Source: Eutreptiella sp. 'Long Island Sound 2002' (lineage: Eukaryota; Protista; Euglenida). Taken from it: a stretch of 64,000 bases of DNA. Below, piece by piece: positions 57,127 through 64,000 of the stretch. The notes under the pieces are model-generated. The model saw only the letters and a program-made list of their open reading frames with translations. It was not told the origin of the DNA and ran no database searches. The DNA lies in assembly GCA_964036045.1 (NCBI GenBank), contig OZ038378.1:2790001-2854000 (forward strand), read 5' to 3'. The position numbers were made by a program, and so were the translations under genes. Numbering within the stretch: position 1 is the first letter of the stretch; each line of letters opens with the position of its first letter.

Positions 57127-57657
57127 TAGACAATGGAACAGAGAGACAGTTGTGTGTTCTTGAGGGTGGCGACCAATGCGCTGTTCATGGCTTTTCCAGT
57201 TGTGCATGATGTGTGTTATGTGAAGGGAAGGTAGTTTGCAACTTTCTTGAGCCGGGGCAGTTTGGGTCACCTAATTCTAAGGGCGTTTCTAAGGGGTTTG
57301 CTTGGGGGCTCTTCGGGGGGAACATAGTCTAAAAGTAGCGCGCAGTGCGCGCGCAGTGCAAAGATTCCCCCTATCACTTGTGTGACGTCGCCGTACTGGG
57401 TGGAATACACCTCTACTCGGGGGGGTCGGGGCCGCCATGGCCCCGCTCTCGGCCCGCCGGGGCCCCACACTAGTATTGGGGTGGTCCCCAAGCACCGGCC
57501 CGACATCCACATCGGTGGAGACACCTCATCCACCACCCGCTGCTGCGTGCGGATGAGGTGGGGGCACCGCGGATGGTCGGTGTACTACCCCGGGGTGTGT
57601 ACGGCAGGGCAGCCCCCTGTGAGCGCCTCGTGGGTTTGGAGGGTATAGGCTTGGGAC

Positions 57658-59340
57658 GTGCGAAACGCGGTCAAGGTCACTGCTGCCATGAAGGATGCCA
57701 TGGAGACCCAAAACTGGGTGCCGGAGCTCGGGGTGTGCTGCCAGCCCCCGGATGCGCTGCCGAGCGACACCAGACTGCACCGCCTCCTGGTGGCCCTTCT
57801 GGGTGTGCAGTTGCAGGTCAATGCACCTCTGCACGCCCGGCTGTGGGATGACCACCAGCATGTGCTCCTGGTCCAGCTATAGGCCATGGGGGTTCGGATG
57901 CCCACCATTGTCTGGCTATCCGGGCAGCGGACGGCGGCGTACTGGCAGTGGGCCCAGGCGTCGCTTGCCCCCTTGGTTAGAGTGGCCACAGCGGTGCCGC
58001 CGTGGCTGTGGATAGCCATCGCCCCAGCCGCGGTGGCAAAGTTCAAGTATCCCGCGGAGTGCGTGGCGCACAAATGCCCGGGGCACCCGTACAAGCGGCC
58101 CCTATACTACTCGCTCAGCACGGTGGGTATGTTGCCGGTTGAGCTCCACCCGGCCCCGAAAACCCACCTCCGTGAGCACCATGGGGACCTGGCCCTCTTG
58201 GCACCTCACGCCCTGGCCACCGACCCCCCCCCCCCGCCCCAGGTGCTGGCCTTAAACACCGAGACAGGCATCTGGTTCCATGACCTGCCAGCGTTGGCCA
58301 CCCTCCGCGGAACTATAGCCTCGGTGGATGCTGGACGACGCCAGCGGGCGTGGCTATGGCAGGGGTCGCCCAGAGTGGGCATGAGGCCTACCGGGCCCAC
58401 GTAGCCTCCGGAGTGGGTACCTCCCAAGAAGGGGGAGGCCGTGATCCTCTTGTCTTACGTCCGGAATTTGGCCGAGCACCCGGGAGTGTACTGGCTGGTG
58501 CCAAACTCCGAGGCGGCGGTGGGGGCCTTCCGTGTTTACCAAGAAGGGGGGCGCTGTGGAGATGGCATACACCGCCTGTATGCCACAGCCCTAGGGGGCC
58601 GCCGCCTCTCCCTAGCCTCGGCCATCAATGTGGTCACCACTCTGTCGCACTTGATCACGGACCTGAACGTCCGCGTTGATGCGGCGACGCAGGAGCCACC
58701 GGAGGTAGACCTCACATGGCTCCTCCGTTGCCCCTTCTCCTTTCTCCCCCCGATGGCCTACCGGGGCCATTGCCACCTTTCCCCCACAACGTCGGGCGAC
58801 TAGTTGCAGGAACAAGCCTTCATTCCGGCTCGGGCCGTATATGAGGCCCGTTGGGGGGCGAACTACATGCCGGGAAGTCCCCCCCCCCCCCCGAGTGGTT
58901 CGACGGTGACCGGCAGCGCATATATCGGCACACCGTATGGTCACCATCCCGACGATGATTGTCCTAGCACACCGGTCGTCCCACCGAAACACGGTGCTGG
59001 ACACCACATGCCTCCTTTGCGGGGCGCAACCAGAAATGGCACCCCATTTTTGGGCCGGCTCGGCTCAGTCCCACTAGTGGGGGCCAGCTCGCTGGCGAGT
59101 CGCATAGTGGTTAGACAAGAAGGTGGGAAGTCGGGCCGCAACCAGCTGTGGGAGCCGGCTGTTCTGGAACAGTGGGCGGCTATGTTGCGCGCCCCCTCCA
59201 TGCAGCGGGGCCACATGGAGTGCTCTGGGCTCCACACACTGGGGACTGAGTACGTACGCCACATCACCGAGGAGTCCATCAGAGTCTGGTACGCCCACGC
59301 CAAGGCGCAAGCCACATTACTGAAGGCGCCTGGGCCGTAA
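57658..59340 (+). pseudogene. 3' part of a non-LTR retrotransposon ORF with RNase H domain, decayed
   Basis: ORFs 57658, 57886, 58441 and 58804 are all in one frame, separated by single in-frame stops. RNase H-like motifs SVDAG, GEAV, VPNSEAA and SHLITDLNVRVDAA. Confidence 0.55.
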
Positions 59341-59599
59341 CAGCACAATGGCGTGGGTGTTGCAGGAGCCGCGCCCACATTAGCAAGCGGAGAGAGAGGG
59401 AGTGCAGCGGGAGCATCTGGGATGATAGCAGTCACCTGGTGGGTGACCTCTAGGTCTCCCCTACTCCCCTCCTTCCGATGATATCCACACACTTACGCAC
59501 ATCGCACATGCTATACACACAGCCCTCCCGTTTACCTGTACCCGTGGGTGGTAACCGCCTTCGGCACACCACACCACACCACACCACACCACACCTGGG

Positions 59600-60440
59600 G
59601 GCAATGGGCCTCTTGCAATGCACTGCCACACTGCCTAGAGGCAGCAGGCAATGGAACTCCTGTAATGCACTGCCACACTGCTTGGGGGCAGTGGGCAGCG
59701 AGGCCCTAGAGGGCACCTCCATGCTGCCCGGGGATCGTAGTCAGTGGAACTGCTATAAGTGTTCCACTGCCCATTGCCCACAGGCAGTGTGGCAGTGCAT
59801 TGCAGTAGTTTCAGTGCCTCCTGCCTTCAGGCAGTGTTGCAGTCTGTACATTGTAGGGCTTCCACTTCCCACAGCCCCCAGGCAGTGTGGCAGTGCATTG
59901 CGGCAGTTCCGCTGCCCCCTGCCCCCGGCAGTGTGGCGGTGTATGACAAGAGTACCCTGCCCCCTAGGCCCAGGCAGTGTGGCGCGGCGTTGCAGGAGTT
60001 CCCTGCCCACTTCCCCAGGCAGTGTGGCAGTGCATTGGTGTAGTTCTAGTGCCCACACGCCCCTGGGCGGTGTGGCAGTGCATTGCATTGCTCCACTGCC
60101 CACTGCCCCCAAGCACTGTGGCGATGCATTGCAGGAGTTCCACTGCTTGAAGCCCCTACGCAGTGCGGCAGTGCATTGCAGCAGTTCCACTGCCCACTGC
60201 CCCCGGGCAGTGATGCAGTGCATTGCAGCAGTTCCACTTCCCCCAAGCAGTGTGGCGGTACATTACAGCAGTTCTCTGCCGACTGCGCCGAGGCAGTGTG
60301 GCGGGGCGTTGCCGGAGGTCCCTGCCCATTGCCCTCAGGCAGTGTGGCAATGCATTGCAGGAGTTCCACTGCCCGCAGCCCCCGGGTAGTGTGGCAGTGA
60401 ATTGTAGGAGTTCCACTTCCCGATGCCCCCAGGCAGTGGG
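59600..60440. repeat. Quasi-palindromic minisatellite array (CACTGCCC..CAGGCAGTGTGGCAGTGCATTGCAGGAGTTC), ~20 units
   Basis: Directly visible periodicity. Confidence 0.9.
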
Positions 60441-60460
60441 TTGAGTCGCAACGTTGGGCG

Positions 60461-60883
60461 TTGGATAGGCCCGAGGTCAGCCCAGAAGACGAGGCCCTGC
60501 TACATGATACACTCCACTATCTGGCGACGCATGGCCCACCGGACGAGGCATCTTCACCGCAACTTGGGGATGGGGATGCTGTGACCATTGACGGAGAAGC
60601 GGACATTGTGGGCCGTTGGGTTGCTTTCAGTCTGTCCCGCTACACGCGCAAGCCCCTGCAACAGTTACTGGGGCGCATCGGGTGGCTGGCTCGCCATGGT
60701 TTCTTGGCAAGATGTTTCCTCGCGGGAGCGCAAGCGTGGCTTCGCATGGGACCCCCCTCCGCGCACTGTGTTCCATTTGCCGTGTGTAGGGGCCTTTTGG
60801 AGGCAATTGCAGCGGGGAGTCAGGGGTGGGAACCAGGCAACAATGGCTTGCCATTCGGGGTCCTCCGGTGCATAGGCCAATAG
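60461..60883 (+). mobile_element. Possible DIRS/YR-retroelement RT C-terminal fragment
   Basis: KPLQQLLGRIGWLAR resembles the LQxLLGxLxW segment of DIRS-type pol; no other motif confirmed. Confidence 0.3.
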
Positions 60884-61893
60884 TGGGCCCATCTCCTCCC
60901 ACGCAAGGAAGAGGGCCCTGGCCTCCTCCCCGTCGGGTGCGGCGGAGGCACCCAGTTTTACTCCGGTGCGTGCCCGGTACAACAACCGTTGCACGGCCTC
61001 GGCATTCTCCTTGGGGAGTGCCTCCAGGCGCGCCTCGACAAAAGCAACCTGAAGGCGGCCGATGGCCGTGCAACAATGGAGGATGCATAGGAAAACCCAA
61101 CATTGGTCAACCACGATGTGAGGTTACGCTATGCACCCCCCATTATCCAAGCTCGACCCGTCACCTGATATTGGTGACGGGTGGCCGCCTCGTTGTCCAA
61201 TGTCCGGCACACGTCCACCCGCAACCACGTCACCGCCGCCTTGTCCCACACCCCCATATTGTAAATAGACCCCACTTGGGGCGACGTGGACACCCAAATG
61301 AGGCGGCGAACAAACGGCTGGTCACCGTGCCCAAGGACCAGCGCAGCCGGCACCCAACGGGTTGCCCAACAGAAACTCTTGCAGTCGTGAATCGACTGCA
61401 ACACCTACAAAAGAGTGCGTGCATTGATACCCGGACGGAACATTTTTGTTTAAATTTTAGCTTCAAATTTCGTTCGGTTTAAATTTTAACTGATTTTTCG
61501 TTTGTAACCGAGGAACTTTGAAACGAAACGCTTGTTTGGTCGACACTACTACACGACTTGGTCTTGTTTGTGCTAGCCTGGTGGTGGGGGCTGAAGGTGA
61601 CCCCACAGCCAAAAAATGTCGGATTCGAGGAACTCAGAATCCAGCTGTTTGTGAATAAGGTCCCCCGCCACCCCCCTTCCCCCTCTGCAGAGGCATTGAG
61701 GGCACATTCTGAGCACGAGTTGTGCGCATTGTGCACGCGAACAGAACAATCATTGCCGAGACTGGATTGCAAAGGATGTGTTACTTCATCACCCCCCGAA
61801 TGGCACTCAGCCTACTGCCAATGCCGAAGAAGTTGTGTCCCAGACCGTGGGGCCCGCCCCCAGTGGGTACGAGCGGCATAATCACTGTTCTTT

Positions 61894-61917
61894 TTTCCCA
61901 GTGTTGAATTTTTTTGG
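61894..61917 (+). other. Spliced-leader-like relic abutting the LRR gene start codon
   Basis: TTTCCCAGTGTTGAATTTTTTTGG vs TTTCTGAGTGTCTATTTTTTTTCG = 18/24 ungapped, immediately followed by ATG 61918. Confidence 0.5.
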
Positions 61918-62937
61918 ATGCCCCTGCCGATACCTTCAACACCCAAAGAACTTCTGAAAGCCATACAACATGATGCAATCACAGATTGCAATTTGGCAGA
62001 TGAAGACATTGGACCCACAGGTGTAAAGCGACTGGCCAATGCCTTACAAGGCAATACATCTCTTATGACACTAACTGTTGGGTTTAATGACCTTGGAGCT
62101 GATGGAGCTCGCAGTCTGGCAAAAGCCCTTGTTGAGAACGTGTCACTGAATGCCCTCAATATTGATGGCAACGGCATCGGCGCTGAAGGGGCCAAGAATC
62201 TCGCGGCCATGCTGGAACTTAATGGCGCTCTGCGTGCCCTCAATGTATACTTCAACGATATTGGAGACGACGGTGCCAAGGCGTTGGCTGCAGCACTGAA
62301 ACGCAATAGCACGCTGCACACGCTCATTGCTGCCGACAATTCTATCACCGTTACTGGGACACGCAGCTTATGCTCAATGCTGCGAGTGAACTCAAGCCTC
62401 ACGGAACTGGATATTCGTGGAAACAGCTGTGGACCATATGGGGCCAAGTATCTGGCGATCATGTTGGAAAGTAACCGAACATTGACTGCGCTGGATGTCG
62501 GAGTGAACCATATTGGGGCGGCTGGAGCACAGTTGTTAGCCTCAGCATTGCGCCTCAATTCTACTTTGCGAAGGCTTGATATCGGAGGAAATGACATTGG
62601 GGTGGCGGGGGCCCGTTTTGTGGCGAATACTCTGGCAGCCAACACGTGCTTGACATCTTTGATGCTGTGTGGGAATGCAATCGGCGATGCGGGTGCTGCT
62701 GACGTTGCAGCCATGCTGCAGCAAAACCAGACCCTTCGGACGCTGCACTGTTCCCATAATGATGTTGGCATCGTGGGCGCAGAAGCAGTGCTGGTGGCAC
62801 TGCAGGCGAATGCTTGCCTCACAGATGTTGACCTGCACGGCAATTGCTTTGACAGTACCACCGTGGCATGGTTCTCTGCACTGTTGTGTGTAGATGTCTC
62901 AGATCAGCGACCGCCAGAACGGGCATGCGGTACCTGA
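61918..62937 (+). CDS. Ribonuclease-inhibitor-like (NLRC3/RanGAP-type) leucine-rich repeat protein, intronless, 339 aa
   Basis: About ten 28-aa repeats LxxNxxLxxLxLxxNxIGxxGAxxLAxx. Confidence 0.9.
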   Translation: MPLPIPSTPKELLKAIQHDAITDCNLADEDIGPTGVKRLANALQGNTSLMTLTVGFNDLGADGARSLAKALVENVSLNALNIDGNGIGAEGAKNLAAMLELNGALRALNVYFNDIGDDGAKALAAALKRNSTLHTLIAADNSITVTGTRSLCSMLRVNSSLTELDIRGNSCGPYGAKYLAIMLESNRTLTALDVGVNHIGAAGAQLLASALRLNSTLRRLDIGGNDIGVAGARFVANTLAANTCLTSLMLCGNAIGDAGAADVAAMLQQNQTLRTLHCSHNDVGIVGAEAVLVALQANACLTDVDLHGNCFDSTTVAWFSALLCVDVSDQRPPERACGT

Positions 62938-63466
62938 GATCTTTCGCACTGAAGCACTGTTGCTCACGCCTGCTGCCTGTGTGAGCCTTGCATTGATACG
63001 TCGAGTCCGACGGGTGCAAATACGGTCGATGGCGAAAGGTCTGGGCCACTTTGGCCAGTGTGCGCAACTAAGCCACCCTCTAATACCACAGAGTTGGGGT
63101 GGAGCCACCCATTCCTTGTCGTTGAACGTGCGGCTCAGCCTCTGTGCACCCCAACCCTCCATTGCCCCTCTTGCATTGGTCTTACAGGTGGTTTGGATCG
63201 GCCTGCATGCCTGAACGCTGCTTTCGATAGAGCATTGGGCGGACCGAAGAGGAAGGCTGTTCAGCTCTCGTTCATGACAATCACAGAGTTCTGACCTGCA
63301 GACAGCTACTCGCCGTACAAATGTTTCTGCAAGGCTGCTTGTCCATTGGGTTGGCCTGTAACACGATTGCACAGCGTTTTTCATCCACATGTATCTCCTT
63401 TTTCTCTTTAGCTACCCCTGCCACCCATTGTTGTGCCCCTTCCACGCAATCACACCACCACCGCTT

Positions 63467-63589
63467 CCATGTAACTCAAAAGTACCCCGTCCCAGGCACT
63501 ACATCAATTTGCCATGTAACTCAAAATTACCCCGTCCCAGGCATTACATCAATTTGCCATGTAACTCAAAATTACCCCGTCCCAGGCAC
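63467..63589. repeat. 45-bp tandem repeat x2.7
   Basis: CCATGTAACTCAAAA.TACCCCGTCCCAGGCA.TACATCAATTTG at 63467, 63512, 63557. Confidence 0.9.
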
Positions 63590-63724
63590 ATCACTAATCA
63601 AGACTGAATATTGGGACCGAGCTGGTGGGGGAGGGAACATCAGCTATGACTAGTGAGGGACATCAAGAATGATTTACACATTGATGGCTCTTGACAAAGT
63701 GAAATCAGCCTGCAAGTGAACCCC

Positions 63725-64000
63725 ATCACCACAAGGCCCACTTTGAAGGCTTTTTGGACTTCTAAGGGGCCAAAATGCCCCAAAATGGGCTCAAAATGGG
63801 CTCATTTCACCCGTTTGTGCACCCCAAATGGTCTAGGATGAGGTTTGGAAAAATGCGTTTTTGAGCCATTTTTGACCCATTTTTGGTCACAACACAGCCC
63901 ACTGTCAAGGCATTTTGGGATTTTCGGAGGACCAAACTGGGCCGCCACAAGCTCAAAACGGTCCAAAAACACTTGTTTTAGCGTTGCACATGGTCTAGGA
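63725..64000. repeat. Interspersed repeat (CCAAAATGGG-rich), runs off the window end
   Basis: Internal AAAATGGG/CCCATTTT repeats; similar motifs near 32370-32400. Confidence 0.5.

Larger units (their letters stand above)
56655..57361. mobile_element. Element bounded by 22-bp direct repeats GCGCAGTGCGCGCGCAGTGCAA (family C)
   Basis: Identical repeats at 56655-56676 and 57340-57361. Right end AAAGTAG..CAAAGATTCCC mirrors the family B right end. Confidence 0.65.

Noticed and set aside
61812-62861. 349-aa minus-strand ORF
   Set aside because: Antisense shadow of the LRR gene.
63467-63589. CRISPR-like periodic repeats (also 56786-56866)
   Set aside because: Head-to-tail tandem repeats with no unique spacers, no cas genes, eukaryotic context.

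Overview
Repeat-dense eukaryotic nuclear DNA, most likely from a photosynthetic euglenid. This is an inference from three things: a bipartite Class-I-type plastid presequence, euglenid spliced-leader-like sequence, and GKGG low-complexity tracts. No rRNA, tRNA or CRISPR array was found. Five or six plausible host genes are scattered among decayed mobile DNA. The genes are a sideroflexin (26731-27702), a two-exon protein with a degenerate DEAD-box C-terminal domain plus Gln-rich and GKGG regions (34852-37322), a glycosyltransferase-like/deacetylase-like fusion (42546-45026), a plastid-targeted bicupin (49435-51099), an RI-like LRR protein (61918-62937) and an S/P-rich ORF with RPGSPTN heptads (16603-17769). 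The mobile DNA comprises two Penelope-like RT fragments, a hAT transposase relic, a hAT MITE with an 8-bp TSD, a LINE RNase H relic, satellites, and several unclassified elements bounded by short direct repeats. Most notable: (1) spliced-leader-like relics lie in the genomic DNA just upstream of two intronless genes, suggesting retroposed SL-capped mRNAs; (2) several families of small elements share a hairpin/direct-repeat terminal architecture but carry different interiors. Domain assignments come from motif recognition by eye, with no database searches.
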